A stretch of DNA of 63,677 bases, counting the filler, from Octopus bimaculoides (taxonomy: Eukaryota), in assembly GCF_001194135.2 (NCBI RefSeq). It is 7 parts of 6 records of this genome, joined end to end, with 100 filler letters (N's around TTAATTAATTAA, not from the genome) between each part and the next. Parts side by side here need not be neighbours in the genome. Positions count along the whole stretch, not along the records: positions 45,090 to 52,061 come from NC_068982.1; positions 52,162 to 60,245 come from NC_068981.1; positions 60,346 to 62,329 come from NW_026400803.1; positions 62,430 to 63,677 come from NC_068999.1; 3 more parts are not named here. One strand, given 5' to 3'. This document shows positions 51,571 through 63,677 of the stretch, piece after piece (the stretch's first letter is position 1; each line of letters opens with the position of its first letter). A program made the translations under genes and the position numbers. The notes beneath the pieces are model-generated. The model did no database searches and was not told where the DNA came from. It saw only the letters and a program-made list of their open reading frames with translations.

Positions 51571-51742
51571 ATAGGCGCAGGGTGGGTGGGGTGGCTACGT
51601 GGTTAGAACTTTGATTCCCCAACCACATGGTTCCGGGTTCAGTTCCACTGTGTGACGCCTCGGGCAAATGCTTTCTACTATAACCCGAGACGATCAAAGC
51701 CTTGCGAGTAGATTTGGTGGACGAAAACTGTTAGAAACTCGC
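51571..51742 (+). mobile_element. Diverged SINE family A head
   Basis: ataggcgcagg...ccaaccacatggttccgggttcagttccactg. Confidence 0.75.
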
Positions 51743-51887
51743 TGATGTACAAAGTTCTCATTCATATCGTTAAAGGCATGAAACTGTGTATTAGTATTTT
51801 GGTCGATAACTGATGAAGAATTAGGGTCCTTCTGTATCTTTCCTACGTGTAAGTTTTGTAGTATTTAATGAAGTTTTCATTTATATA

Positions 51888-52053
51888 TTAGGCGCAGGAG
51901 TGGCTGTGTGGTAAGTAGCTTGCTTCCCAACCACATGGCTCTGGGTTCAGTCCCACTGTGTGGCAACTTGAGCAAGTGTCTTCTATTATAGCCTCGGACT
52001 GACCAAAACATTGTGACTGGATTTGGTAGACGGAAACTGAAAGAAGCCCATCG
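51888..52053 (+). mobile_element. SINE family A head
   Basis: Near-consensus copy. Confidence 0.88.
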
Positions 52054-52161
52054 TATATATANNNNNNNNNNNNNNNNNNNNNNNNNNNNNNNNNNNNNNN
52101 NNNNNTTAATTAATTAANNNNNNNNNNNNNNNNNNNNNNNNNNNNNNNNNNNNNNNNNNNN

Positions 52162-52440
52162 AATTAGTTGGGCTATGACCCTCTCTGTAACTTTCATAAC
52201 CTGATCTAACAGCTTGATGCCTCTGTAATTATTTGTATCTAAAGCGTCACCTTTACCTTTGTAGCAGTTGACTATGGTGCTGCTACACCAGTCATTGGGT
52301 ATGACTCCTTCGTGTATCACCTGGTTCGTAATACGGGTGACTAGGCTATAGCCAACACTGACAGATATTTTGAGCATCTCTGCAGTGATTCCTGATGGGC
52401 CGGGGGCTTTCCCGGTCTTCATACTCTTAATTGCTTTATC
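52162..52440 (-). pseudogene. RTE-clade LINE ORF2 fragment
   Basis: KTGKAPGPSGITAEMLK, IPNDW, YKGKGDALDTNNYRGIKLL; reads without stops. Confidence 0.9.
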
Positions 52441-52849
52441 TATATATATACATATATATATATATGAGTCAGTAGACAAAGAAAGGAAGAGGCATTCAAC
52501 ACATTTAGGAATTACATATACTATTATTTAAGACAGCTTGATTCAGCTCCATGCAACTGAAAGTTTTGCAGGTTTCTTACAGAAACCTAGTTCTTTCAGG
52601 CTGAGATTACTGAATGGAGAAGTACAGGAAGGCCAAGATGGCTACTGGAAAATGGGATGCTAGTGGTCAAGGCAGGTCATATGGTGTTATTAGAAGTGAG
52701 ATCATCTTTTCAGCATAGCCAGGGCTTTCCTCTCATTAAGAAGCATTTCCCCAGAGGCCACTAATACTATAAGCTCTTCAACCCACATAACGTCATTGCT
52801 TCTAACATAGACACAAACATGCACCTGCACAACCTGCAATTTCTGAAAT

Positions 52850-53230
52850 CCCACCATCTACTGTCTAGGAGGATCCTGCTTCTCTAGGGCTGTAGTCAAC
52901 GGAGCCGCCCTCACACAATCTGATGGCATCACAAGCCACTACATGAGCATGATGGCCAATGACTTTAAGGAAAGGTACACACATCATATGCACTCAGGTG
53001 CTGGGATAGAGAGAATTCCACCTCTTTGTCTCATTTCCTCTAGAGACTCCCATGACCTCCAGAATAAAACCCCCTACATCAAATGGATCATTGTTGACAG
53101 GGCCCCACCCTACTCACCCTGCACCTCTTCTCCACCAACCTGCAGTATCTAACAACAAGAAATACAAACTATCTTATTACTGCCATGAGATGTATACTTT
53201 CCTAGTGAGCTTCAAACCACTGGCTACAAA
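52850..53230 (+). pseudogene. Penelope-like GIY-YIG endonuclease fragment
   Basis: DFKERYTHHMHS and LQNKTPYIKWIIVDRAPPYSP match the FK.RY.NH and I.W.I...A..Y pattern. Confidence 0.6.
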
Positions 53231-53859
53231 CAGCCCAGATATATTACCTTAACATTGGCTGCTCCTTGACACTGGATGTCCCAAAACTAAGAACAGGGTT
53301 CCTAACTACTAAAGCCAATGCAGATTGCAAGTAGACCCCCCCTCCAACCTTATACACCTCTGTAACTCACTACATTTTCCTCTATAAACATGGTGTACAC
53401 ATGCAAACACACACAGCCACATCTATGTACACACATGCATACACACACACACACACACACACACATGCATACAACCAATAACACACCCATATACACACTC
53501 TCATACATCTGGTATACACACACATACATACACTCTCTCCAGCCTTGTTTCTATCAGCTTCTAAGTCCCTTCAAAGGCCCACAAGGCACCTCCAGCTATG
53601 CAGTCCAAGAAATTCTCCTTTGTAATGCATCTGGTGTCACTGAAATGCTGATCTCACTTCCAACAACACCATGTGACCTGCCTTGGCCAATAGCAGCCAA
53701 TTTTCCAGTACTCATCTTGGCCTTCCTGTACTTCTCCATTCAGTAATCTGAGCATGAATGGGCTAGGTTTCGTAAGAAGCCTGTGAATTAAGCAGCATGG
53801 AGCCAAATCAAACTGTTTTGTGTGTGTGTGTGTGTGTGTGCATGTGCGAGCACGCACGT

Positions 53860-54090
53860 GCGTGTGTCTTAGTGTCTATGTTTATCCTTCACCACTGTTT
53901 GACAACCAGCGTTGATTTGTTTACATTCCTGTGACTTAGTGGTTCAGCAGAAAAACTAATAGAATAGGTACCAGGCTTTAAAAAATAAGTCCTGATGTTG
54001 ATTCATTCAATTAAAAATTCTCCAAGACAGTGCCCTACCATGGCTGCAGTCTAATGACTGAAACAAGTAAAAAATAAAAGATAAAAGATG
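53860..54090 (+). mobile_element. Old SINE family A 3' half
   Basis: CpG-decayed tail ending gcagtctaatgactgaaacaagtaaaa. Confidence 0.7.
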
Positions 54091-54694
54091 GCTATTTTCT
54101 TAAAACTTTTTCTTAAGAGTATAGCTAATTGAATTGATTCTGAAAAGATCAGTTCTTTTAAGATCTGAATCCACAAACATAATGCACTGAAATAATTAGG
54201 TGGGCAATAGCTAACCATCATCAACCAAACATTTACCCATTGCCCCAATGCCTGCCAAATGACTATCAGGAAAACAAATGACTTGTCAGGTTTCACACAA
54301 CCTGTAAAGCTTACTTATTTTTTAAAATTCAGTTATGTGTTCAACATACTTCCTACTATGCATTACTAACCTACTTACAATTACTTCTAACCACAAACAG
54401 ATGATACTAGTTACTGTTCATTCCTCCTTAACTTTCCAGGCACAGGCCTAATCTGTGTGTAACTGAGACAAACTTAAACAAGACTTGAATTGATTCTATG
54501 AATCAAGGGACTTGAAATACTCTACACTGATCAAGCTATATCTACTATGGAAACAACCTTGCTCTATATAATCTCCTTACCCATGAACAACACCTAACTG
54601 AATCTCTCAATCAAAGAACTTTTGTCATCTATTAAAGATGGTCTGAGTTTCTGTACCTAGAAAGTTTCTATTCAAGGTGTAGACTTCTAATCAT

Positions 54695-54905
54695 TTATCT
54701 TTTACTTGTTTCAGTCTTTGAACAGAGGCCATGCTGAGGCACCACCTTGAAGGGTTTAGTAAAAAAAAATTGACACCAGTACTTATTTTTAAACCTGATA
54801 TTTATTCTATTGGTCCCTTTTTGCCAAACTGCTAAGTTACTGGGATATAAACAAATCATCTCTGGTTGCCAAATGTTGCTGGGAGACAAAGACCAACACA
54901 AAGAC
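54695..54905 (-). mobile_element. Old SINE family A 3' half
   Basis: ttttacttgtttcagtc...ggccatgctgaggcacc. Confidence 0.7.
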
Positions 54906-54919
54906 ACTCACACACACAA

Positions 54920-54963
<44 letters not shown>

Positions 54964-54973
54964 NNNNNNNNNN

Positions 54974-55024
<51 letters not shown>

Positions 55025-55055
55025 CATTCACATATACTTATATATACATGTACAT

Positions 55056-55093
<38 letters not shown>

Positions 55094-55099
55094 ACTGAC

Positions 55100-55310
55100 A
55101 CTCTGTTGGTTACAACAAGTGTTCCAATTGATCCGATCAATGGAACAGCCTGCTCATGAAACTAACATGCAAAATTACAGGCACAACTCATTTTTGCCAG
55201 CTGAATGGACTGGAGCAAAGTGTCTTGCTTAAGGACACAATGTGCCACTAGGAATCGAACTCATGACCTTATAGTCATGAACTAAATACCCTAACCACCA
55301 AGCCACTTGC
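55100..55310 (-). mobile_element. Degenerate SINE family C
   Basis: gttccaattgatccgatcaatggaacagcctgctc...ggaatcgaactcatgacc. Confidence 0.65.
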
Positions 55311-55342
55311 TTTTACATATATATACACATACATATATTTTT

Positions 55343-55455
55343 GATGGACTTCTTTCAGTTTCCATCTACCATATCCACTCACAAGGTTTTTGCCAGGCTG
55401 GGATTAAAGTGGGAGACACTTGTGCAAAGTGCCATGCAGTGGGACTGAACCCAGT
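55343..55455 (-). mobile_element. SINE family A partial
   Basis: gacttctttcagtttccatctacc...gcagtgggactgaaccc. Confidence 0.7.
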
Positions 55456-55799
55456 CTGCCATACTGGACTGTTATCTTATCAACTTCAAAAGGATAAAGC
55501 GCAAAGTTGACCTCAGTAACATTTGAACTTGGACACATACCGCAACATATTTTGTCTAGCATTCTAACAACTTTGCCAATTCACAACACTCACAAGTTGA
55601 TGCAAATAAACATTAAACCTCACAATCTTTAATGAGCACTTCTGGTGAACTCACATATAACATCAGTAAGTTTGCATCTTAAAGTTAAGCTTCCTTTTTA
55701 GAACCTTTTTAACTTGATAAGTTTTGGTCTTCTCCAAAGCTCAGAGCAGCTGACATTAGAGTACTGATTACATATTTGGAATGGTGTTATTATTACACA

Positions 55800-56012
55800 A
55801 TATTGATTTCAAATTTTGGCACAAGACCAGCAAGTTCAAGGGAAGCAGGAAGTTGATTACATTGACCCAGTGCTCAACTGGTACTCCTTTTACCAACCCC
55901 CAAAAAATGAAAGGTAAAGTTGACCTCAGTGGAATGAACTCAGAACATAATATGGACGTAACGCCACTAAGCATTTAGCTTGCCATGCTCATGATTCTAC
56001 CAGCTAGCCACC
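55800..56012 (-). mobile_element. SINE family E
   Basis: ttcaaattttggcacaag...cccagtgctcaactggtact. Confidence 0.65.
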
Positions 56013-56772
56013 TTACTTTTACACAATATTACACACCAAAACATCTTTGACCATAAACATTCATTTGACTCACTCTGCAACGTGTTACCACTGGCTCACA
56101 CATAGACTATTTCTTCTCTCTACTATTTCTACAGTGATTTTTACTCTTCTGAATTAGCAAATACATACAACCTATGCCTTTGTGCATTCAATATCTATGT
56201 TTTTTCTCTACTCATCAACCCTACTGTGTTGTGTATCTCTGCATATATGCCTGACATAAACATTTTCTGCTCCCTTCCAGAACTATGCACTTCTAAAATT
56301 CTTTCTCCACTCATATTTCTCTCTCTAATTTTAACTCTCAACTTCTTGTAAGATGTGTGTGTTTGTGTGCATGTGCGTGTGTGTGTGTGTTTGTGTGCAT
56401 GTGCGTGTGTGTGTGTGTATGTGCTTGTGTGTGTATACATACGTACATACATACATACATACATACAATTATTATTACCCCTACCCACATCAAAGACTTT
56501 GAAGCACTTCAGGAAACAGCAGCAGAAATTCCAAAAAATCTTCTAATAACTTATTCTGCTACATTACTAATTAATGGTCCTTTGTATTGGAGAATTTTGG
56601 CAAAATTAATGTTGTATTACATAACAATAAATTCTTTTTTTATTACATGAAACATGAAAATCATTTGCAGAAAAGTCACTAACCTAAGCACTTGCATTGG
56701 CTGTTTCTTCACTAACTGCTTATTATTAAGTCTACCAAATAGATTAGTAAGATTAGTGAGATTACTATAGGT

Positions 56773-57064
56773 CAGCATTTCTCAACCATTTTTTAACCTT
56801 TGGATCCCTTTGATTCCTATTTTACTCAGATGGACCCTCCCAGCCATTCAATGTTTAAAAAATCATAATATATTTTTATAATTAAATATCGTTAGGAATT
56901 GTATAAAAGAAATTGTTAAAATATTTTGTATATAAATTTTAAGAATAATATTTTATATGGACCNNNNNNNNNNNNNNNNNNNNNNNNNNNNNNNNNNNNN
57001 NNNNNNNNNNNNNNNNNNNNNNNNNNNNNNNNNNNNTCATATGGACCCCAGTTGAGAATCACTG
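56773..57064. mobile_element. hAT-Charlie-like MITE (gap inside)
   Basis: TIRs cagcatttctcaac and gttgagaatcactg; TSD ctataggt / ctatagat. Confidence 0.7.
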
Positions 57065-57621
57065 CTATAGATCTTAAAATGTTAGAACTCAACATATTGA
57101 GAAATTACATTAGTGACACTGCATTTCTATAAGGTGCCGTTTCTCAGGATAAAGGAAAGCTGGTAGCTGTCAGGATTTAATGAAAGAATTACAATAGAGT
57201 CTGTGTAAGAGTAGAGAAGCCAGTGCAAATAGTATGTGAAGTAATGTGTAGTGGAAACAAGTAACTTTCTGAAAATCTGTACTATAGGAAGAATAGATTC
57301 TGCATTAAAATAAAACAATATGGAAAAACTTATCATTCAAAGAGAAGAATTCCTGAATTTTAGACCTGGTTGCCAATAGTTCAAGACAATGTGCTATATC
57401 AGATATAAAAATAGAATTGTGTAGTAGAATGTGTTTGGACTAAATTCAAATTCAACAGTAGCTCAAAGCTAATTATGTTTTTGCTCTAAAATAAGTCCAA
57501 GTGTCTTTGAAATCTCAGATTTAGCAATGTTAAGAATATAAGGTTTCTAAGAGTTTGCTTTATAATGAATAGAGCTCTTTTATATTGGAATTGTACAGGA
57601 GAGGTGTCAGATATTCATTAA

Positions 57622-57840
57622 CCCTTTTGTTACCATATTTCTGTTGAAATACACTGCCTTTGTTTCAATTAAATTTGAAAATAATAAAGAATTTAGTGAA
57701 ATAATGTTTGTCATGTTGAAGCCAGTGTTTGGAACATTAACATGAAATTTTCATGTAAGGTCTTAATTTAGATCTCTTTAAAAAAGCAAGTTTGTATCAT
57801 AGAATCAAGAGCAGTCTCAAGTGGGTTGCTACCAAACTGG
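57622..57840. mobile_element. piggyBac-like MITE
   Basis: TTAA on both flanks; ends cccttttgttacc and gctaccaaactgg. Confidence 0.55.
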
Positions 57841-58056
57841 TTAAAGATCAAAGAGAAAAATCCTGGACTAAACAAATGTTTGATGAAGGCATTCATATTT
57901 GCAATGCTTGAAATTTCATATTTACATGTTTGGAGATGTATGTAATGCGAAAAGAAGTGAATATAAACAATAACAATTGATGGAGATAAGCTAGAAAGCT
58001 GTGAATCCAACATACCCTTTGGATTAAAAAAAATTTTTTTATTACTTTTATTTGGC

Positions 58057-58203
58057 ATTAGGAAGGGCATCCAGCTGTAGAAACTCTGCCAAATCAGATT
58101 GGAGCCTGGTGTTGCCATCCGGTTTCACCAGTCCTCAGTCAAATCGTCCAACCCATGCTAGTATGGAAAGCGGACGTTAAACGATGATGATGATGATGAT
58201 GAT
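58057..58203 (+). mobile_element. RTE-type 3' tail with (GAT)n
   Basis: Near-identical to the reverse complement of 59896-60040. Confidence 0.8.
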
Positions 58204-59049
58204 TTTCTATTGGAAGTCACTCTCAATAAGGTGATAAGCAACTGACTAGCAATACAATAGGCTTCAAGTGACCACTTAGTATGTTGGAGTTACAAATGAA
58301 AAGGAAAGGAGAAAAATCTAGTGTGAAACTACCCTAACAATCATAAAACGATCAATGCAAGGTTTAAAAGAATTCTGGAAAACATAAAGGAAAAAGAATT
58401 TCATAAGAAGGATGTTAAATGAAAGAAACTACTAGAGTAGAAACACTTCTTATAAAGGGAAAACAACAGTGATTGAATAAGAATTAGCAAAAAGCTGTGT
58501 CACTTGATTAGTAACCTTAAGAGGCAGTACAAGAGAAGAAAGTCTTGCAGAACAATAACCATGGAAGCATTTATAGAATAATGATAATGAAGCACTGTAC
58601 CAGAAATTTAACTGCTCAAACAGGACCAGTATCATTAGAAACTTGCTTCAGAATTGGATCAAGGAGAGACAATATCAACATTTTCCTAGTTCACTAGTAC
58701 AACATTCTTGATTACAGAACTCTCATTCAAGACTATAGTCAATTGAAATTAACTTATTTTGTAATTGCATAATTTATAATGTATTGGTGTATCTCATGCT
58801 GCATGTTGAGGGCTCATACACTTACGTGTGATTTACCACACAGTGAGAAAACAACATAGCCAAATGACAAACAGACACAGTATATAAGATAACAAATAAC
58901 TGTCAACTTCAAGCTTTGATACTTGTTTAAGCATCATTGCTTAGCTGTGATTTCTTACACGTTCATAACATTTCATCAGAATATTAGTGTTTTCATCAAT
59001 AAACTGGATAAACAAGGAGAAAGGAATAAATTTGTAGCAGTTAGCAAAC

Positions 59050-59790
59050 CCAGGGACCAAACTGTTAATCGTTGATTAACTAAGTTAACATTTTCGTTAG
59101 CAATTTAACTTTTAGTTAACTTTGGAAATCATTATCAGACTAATTAACTTCTGTTACATTTAACTTCTGTTACATTTAACTTCTGTTACATTTAACTTCT
59201 GTTAATCAATTCATTCTTTAAAAATGTAACAGTTATCAATAAACCATTAATGTTAATTTTCATTATATATCAAAAAAACAAAAATCTGTTTTTGCTCTAA
59301 AACCACATAAAAACAACTTCAAAATGTGCCAAAACTATAAAATCAGCCTTTTTTTTTGGCCTTTTTAAGGGCTTTAGAACCCAAAATTTATAGTTTTTTT
59401 TTACTTTCAAGTTAAAAAACGCTGATTTTATTGTTTTAACTTTTAAAAGACCTAAAAAAGGCTGATTTCATAGTTTTGGCCCTTTTAAAGTTTTTGAAAA
59501 GGGTAAAAAGAGTACAGTTTTCAAGAGGCCCTACAGGGTTGCTATGGCCAAGGCACATGCCCTCTGGAACCAGCAAGATCACAGTACTGTAGCAGCAGAC
59601 AACATTTACACTGAAGTAGGGAGGAGGCTGGTTGTCCCCAACATGAGATGGAACTCTACTTATGACTCTGTGGTGGTCCTGAACACCATCCTGGAGACTA
59701 AGAGGCCTGTTCTCTACAAGAGTCATGAGCCAGTTGAAGGTCAACAGCCTCAACAACCAGGATGTTGACTTAATGAAGGAGTATGCCAAA
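59050..59790 (+). mobile_element. hAT transposon remnant with transposase fragment
   Basis: RLVVPNMRWNSTYDSV (59544-59768) matches the hAT L..P..TRWNS.Y motif; CAGGG-starting end near 59052; 16-bp tandem units at 59144-59205. Confidence 0.65.
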
Positions 59791-59895
59791 GTAATAAATT
59801 AATAATAAAATAATATTATATTGTATTATTATAATACATATATTATATATAATATTGTATTAGCAATTGCTAGAGCACAAGCTGTTGATAGAACC

Positions 59896-60245
59896 ATCAT
59901 CATCATCATCGTTTAACGTCCGCTTTCCATGCTAGCATGGGTTGGACGATTTGACTGAGGACTGGTGAAACCGGATGGCAACACCAGGCTCCAATCTAAA
60001 TTTTAAACGAGTTTCTACAGCTGGATGCCCTTCCTAACGCCAACCACTCAGAGAGTGTAGTGGGTGCTTTTACGTGTCACCCGCACGAAAACGGCCACGC
60101 TCGAAATGGTGTCTTTTATGTGCCACCCGCACAAGCCAGTTCAGGGGCACTGGCAACGATCTCGCTCGAAAATCCTACGGAAGCCAGTCAGGCGGTACTG
60201 GCAACGGCCACGCTCAAAATGGTGCATCTTATGTGCCATCCGCAC
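59896..60245 (-). mobile_element. RTE-type 3' UTR and tail with internal tandem duplications
   Basis: Collinear with 13290-13575. Confidence 0.8.
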
Positions 60246-60345
60246 NNNNNNNNNNNNNNNNNNNNNNNNNNNNNNNNNNNNNNNNNNNNTTAATTAATTA
60301 ANNNNNNNNNNNNNNNNNNNNNNNNNNNNNNNNNNNNNNNNNNNN

Positions 60346-62329
60346 AGACATGTTATACCAGAAAACCGCTTCCAGGGGCGAAATGTGCCCCCTTTTAGCC
60401 ATGGCCTTGATCATCAGGTGGTGCCTCTCAACGATTCCATTGCTGCTCGGCCTATACGCCGCTCTGGACAATCGTCGCGCATTCCACCGGTCGAGCATCT
60501 TCCCCAACGCTTCCGAACGAAACGCCGCCCCGTTGTCCATCAGCAGTTCTTCCACGGGACCCCTCTCCAAGAATATCCCGTTCAAAATCCAAGAAATGTC
60601 ATCAGCAATACCTGTCCTCCACTCCCTCCAAATGGCCAGCCGGCCCGGCCCGCAGTCGACCATGGTGAGATATATTCACTGACGGTAGTGCGTCACATCC
60701 ACAGCTAGTCTCCTCCAGTTGCGCTCTACTGAGAGTTTCTCTTGCTCATGCCCANNNNNNNNNNNNNNNNNNNNNNNNNNNNNNNNNNNNNNNNNNNNNN
60801 NNNNNNNNNNNNNNNNNNNNNNNNNNNNNNNNNNNNNNNNNNNNNNNNNNNNNNNNNNNNNNNNNNNNNNNNNNNNNNNNNNNNNNNNNNNNNNNNNNNN
60901 NNNNNNNNNNNNNNNNNNNNNNNNNNNNNNNNNNNNNNNNNNNNNNNNNNNNNNNNNNNNNNNNNNNNNNNNNNNNNNNNNNNNNNNNNNNNNNNNNNNN
61001 NNNNNNNNNNNNNNNNNNNNNNNNNNNNNNNNNNNNNNNNNNNNNNNNNNNNNNNNNNNNNNNNNNNNNNNNNNNNNNNNNNNNNNNNNNNNNNNNNNNN
61101 NNNNNNNNNNNNNNNNNNNNNNNNNNNNNNNNNNNNNNNNNNNNNNNNNNNNNNNNNNNNNNNNNNNNNNNNNNNNNNNNNNNNNNNNNNNNNNNNNNNN
61201 NNNNNNNNNNNNNNNNNNNNNNNNNNNNNNNNNNNNNNNNNNNNNNNNNNNNNNNNNNNNNNNNNNNNNNNNNNNNNNNNNNNNNNNNNNNNNNNNNNNN
61301 NNNNNNNNNNNNNNNNNNNNNNNNNNNNNNNNNNNNNNNNNNNNNNNNNNNNNNNNNNNNNNNNNNNNNNNNNNNNNNNNNNNNNNNNNNNNNNNNNNNN
61401 NNNNNNNNNNNNNNNNNNNNNNNNNNNNNNNNNNNNNNNNNNNNNNNNNNNNNNNNNNNNNNNNNNNNNNNNNNNNNNNNNNNNNNNNNNNNNNNNNNNN
61501 NNNNNNNNNNNNNNNNNNNNNNNNNNNNNNNNNNNNNNNNNNNNNNNNNNNNNNNNNNNNNNNNNNNNNNNNNNNNNNNNNNNNNNNNNNNNNNNNNNNN
61601 NNNNNNNNNNNNNNNNNNNNNNNNNNNNNNNNNNNNNNNAACTCAGCTCTGGGATCTCGTTTCCTCTCCGGAACACCAGCTCACCCGATCTGTCTCTTCG
61701 TAGTTTCAGCCCCAGCGCAGCTCTCCCTACCATCGACTCTGCCGGCTTTGCAATCAGCCCGAACCTCTCCAGGTGTCTCACTACCTCGGTGGCTGGCACT
61801 ATAGTCTCGTCAACCAAAAAGTCGTCGATGTAGGAACTGGTGGCCTTCCTTATCTTCTCCTCTTTCCCTAGGATGGACTTGAGCACCATTGCCATGATTT
61901 TCGGAGCGGAATTCAGCTCGAAACCCAGCACGTCCGGCCCTTGTACCGCACCAGCTGATATCGCCACAGCTTGTTTCTCACACAGAGCTGCAAATGTGCC
62001 GACTTCAAGTCGACGATCGTCGCTCCCTTGGTCGACTGTCTCCACACACGTAACGTCTCACCACAAACGTCCATTGCCTTGCCTCCTGTGTGGCACGATA
62101 TATGTTCGTTCAGTTCCCTAAAGTCCAGCACTGGTCTGACTTTTCCCTTCGTCGGCTGTACTGCCGCCATCAGAGGTAGCACTCTGCTCACCACCTCCTC
62201 TTTCCACGGGACAAGGACACCTTCCTTGATCCATTTCTCTACCTCCTCGTCGAACTCGACCCTAGCGTGACCGTTTAAGGTATGCTGGTAGCAGCTCACC
62301 CTGTTCTTTAGTAGTGGGGGCTCGTCTTT
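60346..62329 (-). mobile_element. Ty3/Gypsy-type LTR retrotransposon pol fragment (RT then integrase), gapped
   Basis: RT: RPVLDFRELN, VDLKSAH, FELNSAP, YIDD; integrase D,D,E: VDVTH, MDNG, GIVERHH; frameshifts present. Confidence 0.85.
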
Positions 62330-63677
62330 NNNNNNNNNNNNNNNNNNNNNNNNNNNNNNNNNNNNNNNNNNNNTTAATTAATTAANNNNNNNNNNNNNNN
62401 NNNNNNNNNNNNNNNNNNNNNNNNNNNNNTGGTGAGGAACAATCTAAATGTAGAAGAAGAAGATAAAGTGATAAATAGAATAGATACAGAGATCTTAAAG
62501 GTCGTAAGGGAAAGATATGTATGAGCTGTGTCTGTCTATATCAGTGGTGGGTCGTAAATAAGAAGTGTCATGCCAGAATAGACTTGGAACATGAAACATG
62601 AAACATGATATTCTTGTGGTGAGTGGTCAGTGGTCAACCTAAGCGAATTACAAAAGTGTACTAACCTATCTACATATCCTTATCTAGATGAAGAAGGGTG
62701 AAGGAAGTGGAACGGGTAATTAAACATAGAAGACCTTAAAGAATTCATCAATAAACATGTCAACAAGAAAAGCGAAATACGTTATAAGGGGGAGGGGTTA
62801 GGTTTGGAGTTAAAATTCAAAAAGCAAAATTCAAAATACAGAGTAATATAGTATACTAGTGAAAGGAAATATTAGCACCCACATTAATAATGTAATGACT
62901 AAGAAATAAACAATAAAATAAGAACTAAAAAATATTAAAGAATAATAAAACTGATAAAAATAAAAATAAGAGATAAAACGTAAAAAATGAAAAACTTAAA
63001 TATGAAGATATTTAAATATAATAAAATATAAAGGATAATGATAAACGGGTCAAAGTATAACCGATAAAACATAAGAAATACAAAGAAATTAACAATTAAA
63101 AAATTAAAAAATTAAAACATAACGAAACCGGAAGCAAAAGGGTATAAAATAAATGTAAAAGTATAAAGTGAAGTATATATATAAAAAAATATATATATAT
63201 AAAAATATGAAAATAACGTAAAAATAGAAATAAAAAAATATAAAAATAAAAATAAAAGTAAAAGTAAAAAACACAACTTATAAGCAGTATACACACATAT
63301 ATATACCCACATACACACAGTGTTATTTCGTGTTATAACTTCGTATTGCAGTGTCCTTGGATGGTTTCGAGTCAGTGACTGAAGCTAGAACTATATCCAT
63401 AGGTTTGGGATTATGGATCCGGTTAATTGAAAATTTGTGTAAACTAAAAATTAAAAATATGTGTAAACTAGAAATTAAAAATTTGTTTAAATTAAGTGGT
63501 CATAACCTAGTTCTTCGAGGGTAAACCAAAATACTGATGTATATAGTAAGGTTAGGGGTAGAGTACGGGCTATGTTATTTAGGTGTCTGGGTTGTGGTAG
63601 GTAGGAATAGTTAAATATATATGAGGTGTAGAAGTGCACATAACTAAAAGAGAGGATTTAAGGGTTATAATATCTAA

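Noticed and set aside
62430-63677. Possible Penelope-like or other element end
   Set aside because: A-rich low complexity with 7-bp and 23-bp tandem units; no diagnostic protein motif or complete ribozyme core.
1-63677. CRISPR arrays, rRNA, prokaryotic operons
   Set aside because: No repeat-spacer arrays or rRNA-like sequence; the window is intron- and TE-rich eukaryotic DNA.

Overview
AT-rich animal genomic DNA with many N gaps and dense microsatellites. The repeat families look like those of an octopod cephalopod (my recollection, not a database match). I could reconstruct one apparently intact gene by hand. It lies on the minus strand with five coding exons (44942-44615, 41543-41422, 38946-38795, 36249-36140, 33327-33272), all GT-AG with matching phases (1,0,2,1) and 768 nt in total. 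It encodes a 255-aa protein with a probable signal peptide, a PAN/Apple-like Cys domain and an uncharacterised Cys-free C-terminal domain. The rest is mostly transposon debris: several tRNA-derived SINE families; CR1-, RTE- and L1/Tx1-type LINE fragments; Penelope-like RT and GIY-YIG fragments; a Helitron RepHel fragment; a Ty3/Gypsy pol fragment; hAT and Tigger remnants; and several MITEs with recognisable TIRs and TSDs. The most interesting non-coding signals are hammerhead-ribozyme folds. One has a canonical core (31578-31663). Three more share a non-canonical CUGUUGA core (816-855, 5586-5622, 5781-5826). There is also a MITE with a central head-to-head telomeric repeat, and a sharp CpG-rich versus CpG-depleted partition of the window. 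Most ORFs in the supplied track are microsatellite or gap artefacts.
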